In this document: one piece after another, positions 12,127 through 28,970 of the stretch
How positions within the stretch are numbered: the first letter of the stretch is position 1
How the letters are laid out: every line of letters begins with the position of its first letter
Position numbers and translations under genes: made by a program
Notes under the pieces: generated by a model
Told to the model about the DNA's origin: nothing
Database searches by the model: none
Seen by the model: only the letters and a program-made list of their open reading frames with translations
Source of the DNA: Guillardia theta CCMP2712
Lineage: Eukaryota; Protista; Cryptophyta
NCBI RefSeq assembly: GCF_000315625.1
Contig: NW_005434545.1
Coordinates: 65,669-129,668, forward strand
Direction of reading: 5' to 3'
DNA: 64,000 nt

Positions 12127-12756
12127 CTTGCCCTCAAGTTCACTTCTGATTCTTCCTCCTGGGGCTGAACCTATCTCTCTTATCCGCGTCTTTCTTGTTT
12201 CCCCATTTGTGACAGCCACTCTGATCTCTCTTGCTATGTTTCCTGGCCTTGTGTCCTCACAGTCACTAAAGACTCTTACCTTCTCCCCTCTCCCTCCTCT
12301 CCCTCCTGCTCTACCCGACGCTCCCCCAACTACCACTGCGCATATCAAACCGTTACTACTGTCAGACGTCCAGACGTGCCAGGGCAGGAGGCAGTTACGG
12401 GTGCTGCCTTATCGATCTTCCTAGCTGGTACCCGAGGCAAGCTCGCCGTAGTGGCCGGTATCGGACAAGTTCCGAAGAAAGGCCGTCTCTCTAAAGCGAT
12501 AATTGAAGGCTCGCCCCGATTCAGGAGGGCAGCACCGGGTACACCACCTAGTACCATGATGATGAGACTGATGAAGAGAGCATGCGGGAGAAGTTGAGAG
12601 CAGCGGCACTGAGAGGATGAAGGAGGAGTCAGGAGAAGAGCGAAAGCGATGACGATGATACGTCATGACCAGAGCTTCTTCGCTACTCCTGCAAGCCCCC
12701 GAGAATCCTGACGCTCCTCTTGCTTTCAATCTTACTGGGACAGACCTTGAAACAAG

Positions 12757-17279
<4,523 letters not shown>

Positions 17280-17478
17280 CAACACTGAAACTCCTCGTCC
17301 TCGTCCTCGTCCTCGTCCTCTCCCCCTCACCATCCTCCATCCCTTGCGTCTCCTCCTCCATTCTTTCCTCCCCCCCCCTGCATCCCTCCCTCCTCCTCTC
17401 TCGCGAGATATTGCAGAACATTTCTTTGAGATATTCTTCTCCTTGTATTCCATCCCACTTCCTCCTCCTCCTCCTCTC

Positions 17479-20400
17479 TCATTCCCGCATTCCTCCCTGA
17501 AAGAACTTCAACCGAGCTGCCCGAAGCTCATCGCGCGTCAAAACCTTCGCCTCCTCTCGCTTCTCTTCCCCTCCTCCCTTGTGCTTGTGACCTGGATCCT
17601 CCTCCTCTTCCTCTTGGTCGATGATGATTACTTCATCTCCTCCTCCTCCTCTTCCTCCTCCATTCTTCTTGCTACCACCACCCATTTCTTGATCACTCCT
17701 CTTCCCTCCCCCAACGTCTTCAGCAGGATCATCGTCAATGATAATGACTGCTTCGCTTTCCCCTTTCCCCCCAGCTCCAGCTCCAGCTCCAGCTCCAGCT
17801 CCAGCTCCAGCTGATCTTTCTCTTTCCCCTTTCCACTCTCGCTCGTCTCTCCTCCCCCCCGTCCCCCACTCTCCCCACATCCCCTCCTCCTCCCTCCTCT
17901 GTCGCTCCTCCCTCCTCCTCTCCTCTTGCATCGACTGAGCCACCGCCGCCGCCACCTCGTGCTCCTCTAGCTCCTTAAGCGCCTTCATCTCCTCCTCTCG
18001 AGCAGACTCGATCATCGCTGCCATTACAGCATCCTCCATCAGCTCCTCCTCCCTCACAGTGAACGAGTCCTCCCTGCCCCCAACCTTCATGTTTGGCCGC
18101 TGCCGAGACAGCAGCGCTACGGTGTCGTCCTCTACCGGGACCTCAGCGAAGAGAGAGTCTACCAAGCTCTTCTTGCCGCCCACCAGCCAGTCAGTCATCC
18201 TCTTCTTCTCCTTCTTCGCCTCCTCCTCGGCCTCCTCCTCCTTGTTCGTGACCGTGCAGGAGATCTTGCGGATCTGAGACTGGAGGCCGTTGGGCACGAG
18301 GACAAGGAGGACGCGCTGGTGCCCCCGCGAGTCCTCGAGGGTGCCGGAGACGGGGCAAGAACATTCGAACACCTTCCACTTGGCAACCCACTTGAAGCCG
18401 AACGAGGAGGAAGAGGAGGAGGAGGCGGAGGATCCTTTCTGCTCGCTGAGTTTCTTGTTCAGCTCCTCTGCCTGCTCTTTGCGGTTCTCGAGTATTCCTC
18501 CTCCTCCCCTCGCAATCATCACCTTCGCCTCCACCTTCACCTCAAAGTTCGCGCGACGGCGACCGCGGTTGATGGCCGAGCAGACGGCGACGCCTTGAGA
18601 GAGAGTGACAAGGAGGAGACAGTCGCCTCCGAGGTCGTAGAGGCGATGAGAGAAGGGATGATAGATGTCTCGGATGTCGACCCTCCTCCTCTTGGGCAGC
18701 ACGAGGCCCTTGTGGAAGACGCGCAGGGCGAGGGGAGCATGAGACTCGTGGAAGGCAGCGGGCGCGATGCTGACCTGCTGCTCGTAGAAGAACCGCAGCG
18801 TGAAAGGCTGCGCCTTGCTGACCTCAGCAGCGAGAGGAGGAGATCCCAGGTTGAAGGGGAGCACGAGGTAGTCAGCATCGCCGTCCTCCAGCTCCACACT
18901 GAGCACGCAACGATGGCTCCCCTGAGCTCCAAAGAGGCCACCACAGAGCACAGACTCGACCCCTCCCTCCCTGTTGAGCTTGGCAACGAAGAGGCTGACG
19001 TCTCCTGGCTTGTAGCTCTTCTTCCGATCTGCTCGACACCACGACCCTCTCCTGTTCGGCTGCAGGACCATGACGATCATCCTTGTTGGCGTCACCGTTC
19101 GTACCCTGTAGATGTCTCGGCACACTCTGAGCGGCGAGGACTTGGCGCAGAAAGAGTTCTGGAAGGACCGAGCCTGCCAGTCCCTGTACGCGAAACAGAC
19201 GTCCACCAGCGAGAAGCCCATCACAAAGTGGGTGAAGTCCATCCTGACAGGACGAGGGAGTCAGACACGTCACTCATCTGTCTTGCCTCCTCCTCCTCCT
19301 CCTCCTCCTTCTCCTTCTCCTTCTCCTGCTCCTCCTTTCCTTACCAGAAAGTCCCGTCGTTGACTCCCGTTCGCTCTAGCCCTTCACAGATCATCCCGCT
19401 CCATTTCTCCGACGCGTCGCTCCAGTCGCCATTCCACTCCCCAACCCCATGAGGGTTTCGTATCCTCACCAGCCGCACCATCCCGTCCCTCCCCCTCCTG
19501 TCAGGCACCTCCCGGCACTCGAGGATCGAGTACGCATGGTTCCCACACAGACCCACTTCCTTCAGCTCCGCGTCCCCTCCCGTCGCGCATCCCATCGGGA
19601 ACCCCTGAGACTTGAAGTAGAGCAGCTGGTCCCACAGGTGCTCCATGCTGAAGTCCGGGCTGTCGAAGTTGATGGTCAGCGTCGGAGCCCCAGTCAAGTC
19701 CAGCAAAGCCTCAGCTATCTCTCCTCCTGAGATCGCCCGGTAGCTGCCATGGGCCTTGGCATACGCCTTCTCCAGCAGGCTCACCCACAGCTGGCAGTTC
19801 TGTCCCCTAGAGAAGGCGAGGTTGGTCTCCAGCGCGTGCTCGGGCCTCCGCGGGCTCCTCGTGCAGGGGAGCTGATCGTCGACAAGGATGGTCTGCCAGG
19901 ATCCGTCGAGGAAGAGGCGAATCATGTAGCAGCCGTTCGCGTTGGGAGCGGTGTCGTAGAAGAGCTTCGCAATGAGATCGTGTCGCTCTGCTACGACTGC
20001 CAGAGCAGACAGAAACCAGCAGTCTCCTATCCCCCCCTGCTGCAGGTCCTGCGCTGAGAACCCGAAATCGGTGACGAGGACGAAGGAAGGGAACCGTTTC
20101 CAGGTGTAATCTCTGATGGACGACCGCCTGTTGTCAGCCCAGGCAAAGAAGCCGCACTGCCTCTCCTCGCAGTGGTAGTACGGACGCCCTTTGTTGGGCG
20201 TATCCTTCTGCACGATGGACGACTTGGCTACCTTGTTACATCTACAGTGAGGAACGGCACCCGGACGAGTCTGATTGGTCGTCGGCTCTTGTGGACCCTC
20301 GATCGACTTCCTCTCAGGAGGAAACTCTGCGTCGTTCCATGGCACCGAATCCTGCAAGATCGCCCGCAGTTTCACAAGCTGCCCCTTGTCCCAGCTCTCC

Positions 20401-20579
20401 GACTCCCCGCTCGCTTCCCGCCAGTCGCCTGCCTCAGCCGCACCATGGAGCGACTTGCCCTTCTTGGTGGGATCATCTTCATCGCAATCCTCTTCTCCTC
20501 TCTTCGTCTTCTTCCGCATGAAATCGTCGATGCTCCTCCCCGCCGCCCCTCCTCGCTTCTTCCCATCCCCATGTGCCAT
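17479..20579 (-). CDS. SOL/CAPN15-like calpain cysteine protease with GRF zinc finger, UIM-like, SIM-like and p97-binding-like motifs; 2 exons (intron 19244-19344)
   Basis: Catalytic motifs QGGIGDCWFL, NHAYS and RNPHG, plus WVSLLEKAYAK and GTFW|MDF joined across a GT-AG intron. The zf-GRF is CRC..TPNKGRPYYHC...CGFFAWAD. Confidence 0.9.
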
Positions 20580-20939
20580 CGGTCTGAAACCACAATCTGG
20601 GAACTTGCATGGGTGGGTGGTCAATTCATATCTATGGACGGGTATAAATGCGGTTCTTTGCACCGGTTCAATTTTAAAGTTCTACTTAAGAGGGGTAGGG
20701 GACGAGTCTCTTTATTGGTGGGCGATCCCTTCACAAAAAGAAATGAACAAGTAGTGCAACCAAGGAGAAGGAGGAGGAGGAGGAGTCACTGACAGAGAAG
20801 AGAGCGGAACAAGGTGAGTGACGGAGGAAACAGGCGATCAGGTCCGATTGACAGCAGATGCAGAAGATCGAGAACGCATTAGAGATCAAGAACACAGTGG
20901 AAGCGTTTTCATGAGGGGTATTTGACTGCTCCCCGCGCC

Positions 20940-22242
20940 ATGTCGTCTCAAGCTCCGCAGCCATCCTTCGTCTTGCGAGGTATGACCTTCATGATCGTCC
21001 CCCAGTTTCACTCCCTGTGCAGGCCATGAGGCCCTGGTCCATTGTGTACAGATCTCTCCCTTCGATCCTGCTTTCCTCATAGCCTCCGACGATGCCGGCA
21101 AGGTGGTTGGGTGGAGCCTGCAGACGAGGAGATCCTTGTTTTCCATGCAAGCATCCGACTCTCCCGTGCTAGCAGTTCGCTGCCTGTCGAGATCGACGGT
21201 CTTGACCCAGGCCAAGGACGGCATCATCAACCTATGGGACGTCGAGTACTCGGGCACCCCCAGTCATCGTCTGGCGGAGGGGTCGATCAAAGGGGAGCAG
21301 CACACCTTCTGCAAGTGCGACATCATTCGGGATGACGGCAAGGCAGCGCAGCTCGTGGCGTTTGCGCAGGGAAGCGACGGGATTGGCGTCTGGGACCTCC
21401 GAAGCAGCGACCCGGTCTCAGTCCTGAAGCCTCCTGGCAGCAAACGCTCCTCGGGGTTCTGTACGGCGATGGTTGCTGTGGGGGACAAGCATGTGGTTGG
21501 AGGGTACGAGGATGGCGGGGTGAGGCTCTTTGACCTGAGGAAGAACCTCGCAGTACTGCAGGAGCACGTGCACAGTGATCCTGTCTTCGGCCTGGACGCA
21601 GTGCGCACGAGGTCTGACAGGTCAGGCGCGGAAGCCTTTGCCGTCATGTCCGGGAGCGCAAATGGAGAGCTGGTGCTGTCGCGGCTGACAGCGAGTGACG
21701 GTGGAGAGAGGGACATGGTTTTGACCGAGAAGGGACGGATGCAACTCAAGGTTGTCGTGAGGGCGAGGGAGAGTTGCGGAAGTTGAGGAGGAGCAGGAGC
21801 AGGAGGAGGAGGAGGGGGAGGAGGAGAAGATGTTGTGAATGTTGGTGGGGTGAAGGTTTTGATTCTTTCTTGACTGCCATGCAGTGCGCTGAAGAAGCTC
21901 GTGGTGTCAATCATTTATGCGCTCGACCCGACGGCAAGATCTTCGGTGCCGCATGCTGGGACGGGAGGATCAGGATTTATGGTAGGAGGCGAACTAGTGG
22001 CGGGAGATGGCACGTTGCGCTGATGAAGTCCTTACAGCTGTCAAGAACCCGAGGATACTGGCAAGCCTGAAATGGCACAGCAAGAACGTCCAATGCATAG
22101 GTAGCACTATACTTCACGTATCGTCTGCTGACCAACCCACGCAGCATTCTCTCCCGATTCTCAACTGATGGCAACCGGATCCGACGACACCAGGATCGCT
22201 GTATGGGAGATATTCACAGAACGAGGGAAAGAGGAAGTTTAG
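20940..22242 (+). CDS. GNB1L: WD40 protein of the GNB1L/ASA1/DSE1 family
   Basis: The spliced N-terminus MSSQAPQPSFVLRG|HEALVHCV resembles GNB1L (P.P.FVLRG). Other segments are GGYEDGGVRLFDL, RPDGKIFGAACWDGRIRIY, LASLKWH and the end MATGSDDTRIAVWEIF. Confidence 0.8.
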
Positions 22243-22364
22243 TTTCAAAAATGTTGGTAGTTTTTCGTATTCAATTACATATCATCGCTGTCGCTCTAGC
22301 ATTCCTTGCTGTTCTTTCTCACTTTCAGATCATTGGTTCATCCTCATGACATGTTTCGATGTCC

Positions 22365-22415
22365 CCATCGCCATCGCCATCGCCATCGCCATCGCCATCG
22401 CCATCACCATCACCA
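22365..22415. repeat. (CCATCG)n/(CCATCA)n hexanucleotide microsatellite
   Basis: Read directly; intergenic. Confidence 0.9.
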
Positions 22416-22947
22416 TGGCGCCCCACACATCCTCGTCGCCCTACCTCGCATTCCTCCTTTTTGCAATCCCACTCGAGTCCCCTTGTGGCTGTTTACCACC
22501 CCACCACCGATATCGAAATTCTAGTACTACCCCCTACAGATAATTGTCCTTACCATTGAAAACCACCCGTATGATTGATACCCCACCCCCCTTTTGTCCA
22601 CTGAAGTTGTTTGTTGCATCCCGACACGTTGAAGCAGCGCGGGCAAATGGCGAGGGGGGAGGAGGAAGGGAGAGGGCAGGGAGGACAGTGCGAGTACGAG
22701 GAGCTGCTGGAAGGATCGAGAGAGAAGAGAATGGGGAAGGGAGGCAGGAGAGGAGGAACTGTATGAAGGTTGCAAGTAGTGGCGGAGGAGAAAGTGATAG
22801 GAACTGTTGGTGCGAGGGAGAGAGAGAGAGAGAGGAACAGAAGATTACAGGCTCACGACTGACAGATGTTGCAGATTGCTAGGAGTCGATACCGGACAAT
22901 TGCAGAGCCATCGCTGTGGAATTCCAGAGGAAATCAGCGCAGCAACC

Positions 22948-25595
22948 ATGTCTAAGGGAGGCAACATGGAGGACCTTGACGTGCTGGTGAAGAAACTTCG
23001 AGCCAAGTTTGAAACCCAAGAGACGAGGTGTCCTCGGTGATGTGAAGGAAGTGTGTGATGAGTATGTCAGGGGGTACTCATGGAGGATCGCTCAGATGCA
23101 GGGGCTTCGCCGCATGATTATGGTGAACCGAGTCGAGACGAGTTCGAACTGGAGCGCTGACATGCTTGTAGAACCATGAGAGCGAATTCCTTGATGCTTT
23201 GGCAACTGATCTCAGGAAACCTTACATGGAAGGGCTGGCTGCTGAGGTAGGACGTGCTCTCGCTCCTCGATGAATCACGTTGGTTTTGCTTCAGACCGCC
23301 TCTATGCTCGGGTCAATCGATTACGCCATCAAGAATCTCAAGTCCTACATGAAGCCTCAAAACATTCAACCTCTTGCTCTGACGTACCCCAGCAAAACCA
23401 CTGTGAGTGAAAGATGCAGATGTTTCTCTTCATGTCAATATGTTTGACTTCAGGTTCGATATGAGCCTTTCGGAATCGTGCTGATAATCGGCCCTTTCAA
23501 CTTTCCGTTCATGCTTGTACGGCTATCTCCCATTGTTTCGCTTTCCTGATCGACTTCACAGACACTCAAACCTTTTCTTGGAGCGATCATGGCAGGAAAC
23601 TGTGCTGTGATCAAGATGAGCGAATACTGTCCAGGTAAGGATGCGAACCACTTGATGAAGGAAGGACTGATGCAGCACATGTCAGCTCTGACTTCTGCAC
23701 TGAAGAAGTATTTTCCAATGTATCTAGACACAGAGTCGTGCAAGTGAGCCGTCAGGAGAGAATCGAAGCTCCCCTCTGACATCATCTTGTAGAATAGTTG
23801 AAGGAGGAGTAAAAGAGACGGAAGAGCTACTCAAGCGTCAGTGGGACTTCATATTCTTTACAGGAAGGTGACGTTATCAGTTGTTGCTCTTGGTTGTTTC
23901 CCTTCTGATCATTTCTTGCTTTTTTTCAGTCCAAGAGTAGGGAAGATCGTCGCAGAGGCTGCAGCACAGCACCTGACTCCCTACGTATGTCCTTTCTGAT
24001 CGTTCGCTTTCTCACTTACCTCCATGCAGATTTTGGAACTTGGTGGGAAGAATCCAGTCATTGTAGACAAACATGTAGAGGTAGATGCTGGTGTTGCTCT
24101 CCTTTTTTCGCGTCAAGTTTTGTCTTTCTCAGGACCTTGAGGTGGTCGCAAAAAGATTGATATGGGGACGATGCTACAACTCTGGTGTCCTTCACATGGT
24201 TGACATTTGCACGCTTTGACTTCTTTTCAGGGCAAATTTGTTTGAGTCCAGAGTACGTCCTTTGTCATGAAGATCACGTGGAAAGACTTATCTCATTGCT
24301 GGCAAAAGTGAGTGGACCCAAATCCCCGACGTCGTTGCTAAACTTACTTCAGTACATCCGAATTTTCTATGGAGAAAATCCACAAGAGTCTGCAGACTTT
24401 GGAAGGTGTGACCGCTGGTGCTGAGGAGGCTGATAGTTTAACACTGATGAAAGGATGGTCACAAAAGAAGCAGCAAACAGAGTGAAGACTCTTCTTGGTG
24501 ACAGAAAAAATGGCAAGGTGACGCGCAGTCCTTGTTCGATGTGACTGGTCTAATTATTCGCACGATCGCAGATCGAAGCAGGAGGGAAAGTGGACGTGGA
24601 GGACCGTTATGTCGCGCCAACAGTGAGTGCATGAACATGATTGTGCTCGTGTGATGAGGAGCAAGATTCTTTCGGACGCGGACTTTGATTCGCCGATTAT
24701 GAAGTCAGAGACTTTCGCTCCTGTTCTCACTGTCAACAGAATCAAAAGGCCAGGACGCTAACCTGCGATGTCTCTTTCATTCACGTGCTGCTAGTTTGGA
24801 TGAAGCTGTTTCCATCGTCGGAAAAGTCTCAGGGAAGTCACCTTTGGCTCTGTATGTGTTTAGCAGCCGAAACTCCTTCATCGAGGTTTTTCCTTCTTCT
24901 TTCAAATTCTCTCTCTTGTTGCTTGCCACCTCAAACGTACATCCCCATCTCCCAAGCTTTGTCCTCTCCGAATCTCCCAGCCCCCTCTAACTCCTCGTTC
25001 TTGCCTCAGGAATGTTTCTCCCGCATTCAGAGCGGGGGCGCCGTCGCCAACGACTGTCTGCTCACTGGCGTCAGCCTCGAATCTCCCTTTGGAGGGCTCG
25101 GGACCTCAGGCTCGGGATGCTACCATGGAAGGTCCGCACCTCTCTGCTTCCTCGTGGTCCTCCCCTGCTCCTTGCTTCACGTCTCCGTCTGTCTTGTTCC
25201 CCCTCCTCGCGTTAGGGGCGTGCATGACGAAGGGTCCAGGTTCTCGTTCGAGTCTTTCTCGCACAAGAGGACTGTGGTACAGAAGCTTTTCAACTACAAC
25301 AATATGGTAGCCACTGCTTCTCTTCCTCGCGCCCGTCCTGATTCCCGCCTGCCAGATTTGCGACCCAGGTCTTCGCTATCCACCTTTCTCCCAGCAGAAA
25401 GCTAAGTGGTTCAAGTGGGCGTGTAAGAATGTCGGCATCCTCCCTTCGGTAGGGAGTAGCTGGACATGTTTCACTTGACACGCCTTGACACGGCTGTAGG
25501 TCTCTTGGAAGCAACTCGCTGCGATCTCCGTGTTCCTCATCGTCTCTATTTATCCTCGTGGACTTCTTTCCCTTATCCGGTCGTGGATCGTTTGA
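22948..25595 (+). CDS. ALDH3: Aldehyde dehydrogenase family 3 (fatty aldehyde dehydrogenase-like) with a C-terminal membrane anchor; about 20 introns
   Basis: Motifs EPFGIVLIIGPFNFP, GAIMAGNCAVIKMSE, ELGGKNP, NSGQICLSPEY (catalytic Cys), PFGGLGTSGSGCYHG, FSHKR and LRYPP. Hydrophobic tail LAAISVFLIVSIY. Confidence 0.93.
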
Positions 25596-25711
25596 AGCCG
25601 ATCCTCCCCCTGGACCCCCTGCCGTGTGCGTGTGGTGGCGTAAAGTTTGTGCTACAACGCATTCAAAGAATAAGAACCTACATACACAACATCCCTCTCC
25701 TCCTTATCAGC

Positions 25712-28315
25712 TCACGGGTGTGGAGCGAAGGGGTTTCTGGTGGCGAAGCGAGGAGAGCCTGCGGTTGGAGTCGTCAGGAACTCCCGGCTACCAGCTAGCA
25801 GCGGCGACTGAAGTCCAGCTGGTGCAGGAGAAGCATCTTGTTGCAGCACGAGGATCTGCGGCTTCGCCATGGCAGGCTCCTCTCCCTTCCCTGTCACGCT
25901 CTTCCCATAGCCCGCCAGACCAGAGCCGAAGCCACCCCATGGCAGGGTCGACATTCCGCCTCCCGTCCCTTCTACGGTGTGTGCGCTCGAGGGGTTGTGC
26001 CCTGGTAGCGGCAAGGAGCCAAGCTGTCCTGCCGCGAGATCTCGGAACGGGCTCCTTTTCGGCTGGAAGACGATGATCTCCTCCTCCTCCTCCTCCTCCT
26101 CCTCCTCCTCCTCTTGTGCCTTCCGCTCCTCTTCGCACTCGTTACGGTGCCAGGCAGGAGCCTGTTCCTGATGCTCCATGTTTGTGACCATCATGGCGTC
26201 TCCATCGTGGTGAGCGGAGCTTCCGTGCTGCATCATCATCGGAGGATTCAAGGAGGTTGCAAACAGAGCTGTTTGCTTCGACAGAGAGCCAAGGTCCTCT
26301 TCCTCGTCCACCTGGACCATTTGGTCCCCGAACGTCTCCTCGTTGACCTCATCCTCGTCTGCCCCAGCAAGCCCCCCATAGTCCTTCAGCTCCTCTTCCT
26401 GCTCTACTCCAACGGACGACAGCTTCTCTTCGACTCCTCCGTGCGGGAGGGCCGCATCCTCCACGCTGAAGATCGACTTGACAGGATCATAGAAGGCCAT
26501 AGGGCGAGGCTGAGCCGACAAGCTAAAGAGCAGCTGGGGAAACAAAGGCGGTCAGGGGACCAGCGCTCAAGACTGACCGAGCTCACCTTGAAGACGCGCG
26601 TCAACCTGACCCGGTAGAGAGCTTCATCGTCCTTCAAGGGTTCTGCTCCCACCAGGCTACCGTTCTTCAGACAGTGTCCCAGGCTGTCGAAGTGAGGAGC
26701 TAGAGGCCGGAACCCTGCAGGCACGACGCGTCAGCCATGGTCGTGGTCTCCACGTGCGATGATGGACCTGCGACGTTGAGGTCTTCCGGGAGAAGAACGT
26801 CGGCCCTCTCGCTGCCGAAGTCCACCTTCCCATCGAAGCAATCCTTGGAGATGTTGAACAGGTCAACCAGAATCTCAACCAACATGTTGCGGTCTGAGAG
26901 AAGCTCCTGCCCGACCTCGTCAACCCTCACGAGCCGCAGCGGGTCGTTGAGCTTCTCCCTCGCATGAGAAAACCAGACGCACAACATGGCAACAGGGGCA
27001 ACGTAGTAGGAGCTAGCCAGAGCACGATGAGCGATTCTCGTCGATACCTGCGGGAAAGACCAAAAAATCTTCAAAAACTAGCAGCGGAGAGTCGAGGGTT
27101 GCCTGGAACATGAGCATGTACGCCTTGCTCAGAGCCAGCTGGAAGTCTTGAGGGTCTCCGGGGAGCTTGCTCTCGAGCTGATGGATGCAGAAGATACAAG
27201 AGATCACCTGCATGGCAGAGAAGATTGAGAAACTGCCGCAGCCTCATCGCGCGCAAAGAGAGAGTACCATCTTCATCAACGTCTCCGAAGCGTCGAACTT
27301 AGATTCAAGAACCGACGTCAGGTGCTCGATCAACAACTGCAAGACGATCATGAACTAGTCTAGCAGCACAAGAGGCATGCACACTGACGTTCTGAGCTCG
27401 CTCGTACTCGTGCAAGTCCTTCATGGTGAGTATCATGCTCACCAGCCGAACGAAGATGGTTCCCACGTTCCACAACCTGCTGCTCTCGTCGACAATCTGG
27501 CGCTCGAGCGCCTTCCTGCGAGTGAGGTCCTCGTACTTCTTCTTGTTCTTGTCGAAGACCATCGTCAAGTTCTTGTTCGCCGTCTCAAACGGATCCGAGC
27601 ACAGCAGGGCTCGCGCGTAGTGGTACATGGCAGCGAAGTCATCCTCTTTGTACGTTGCGATCACAGCCAGCTGATTGTGCGGGTTCCCACTGTCATGACA
27701 GAGGAGAGAGGCAAGGCGGTAGAGATCCTCAACCTCCTCCCATCCTCCTTCCCCTCCCTCCTTGTACATCTCCCGGTACCTCGTCAAGTCGCCAAGGTAC
27801 ACCAGCGTTCGATGGCAGCTCATGCGCATCTCCTGCTTCTTCTCGTCGGAGTACAGCGATGGGTCGACCGGGCGAGCTTCGCTGGCAGGAGCAAACTTGA
27901 TTAGCCCTAGGGGAAGCTGACAGACGTGCCAGAGACTCTTGAGGACTCCCATGTAGAATCGGATGATCTCCTCCAGGAATCGGACCAACGCCTTGTTGGT
28001 CGCAGCTAGCACCTGCGCCGCTCGTGCACTCTTTGTGGGGTCGGCCATAGCGGCTTTGCTCCTCATGCTTCGTTTCCGGTACTCATCAATCCGCTTGTAA
28101 ACAACCTGCTTCCACAGGTTCTGCTCGGCTGCGAAAGTCGATCCAGCCCTTCGGTGATCGAAGATCTCTGCCTCGAATCTCTTCAAAGCATCGTTCCTCT
28201 CTCTCCTGTCGTCTCTTTCGTCTCTGTCTTCCGTGTCCCTCCTGTCCCTCTTCTCCCTCTCCTCCTCTCTCCTCCCCATCCCATCCCTCCCCTTCTCCTG
28301 CATCCCTGCTGCCAT
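25712..28315 (-). CDS. SMG7: SMG7/EST1-family nonsense-mediated decay factor (14-3-3-like EST1 domain, no PIN domain seen)
   Basis: Motifs EQNLWKQVVYKRI, CHRTLVYLGDLTRY and GNPHNQLAVIA..AMYHYARAL...PFETANKNL. Later LKDDEALYRVR and EEEIIVFQP resemble plant SMG7. Confidence 0.82.
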
Positions 28316-28970
28316 GTGCACTGTTACTGAGCACCCCTACCCCCATTATATCAACAATCTAGCTTCTCTGGGTGGGTAGTGACCCACCCTTCGAAACTCG
28401 AATTCTCGTTTGGGACTCAGCAGGGTACTCGTTCAAAGTTTTGTAAAGCTGGTGGAGATTGCAGGTAGGGTCATTGATGTACCCACCACTTTTACTGAAA
28501 ATAGTACTAAAACAAGGGGTCAAATGAATCAGTGGGTGGGGTAGGTTTCCATGGATAAGCTAATGTGCGGTGAAGGAATGGAGGGATGCCAAGGTACCAA
28601 CGGAGATGCTGGGCGATGAGCAGGGAGAAGAAGAGAGCGAGGATCATGAAGAAGAACAGAGTGATGATCAGGATCCGGCTAGGAATGAGGGGCGGGAGCA
28701 AGGACAAGTGCAGTGGAAGGAGAGAAAAGGAGGAAAGACACCAGGATGATTTGATAGACAGTGGTCGTATGCTTACTTTCAATGTCATAGGATATTGGGT
28801 GCAGAGGTTTCGTCCCATGTTTACTTTTATCTGAATGCTGGCTGGTTCAAGTGTACGTTTGATGTTAAGTCATGATGCCTTCCCCTTACCCACTACGCCC
28901 CCCACGAGGTTCTAACAAACTCTCTCACAGACAAAGCGATGGTGTAAAGGAAGGCCGCTGCTATCTTGAA

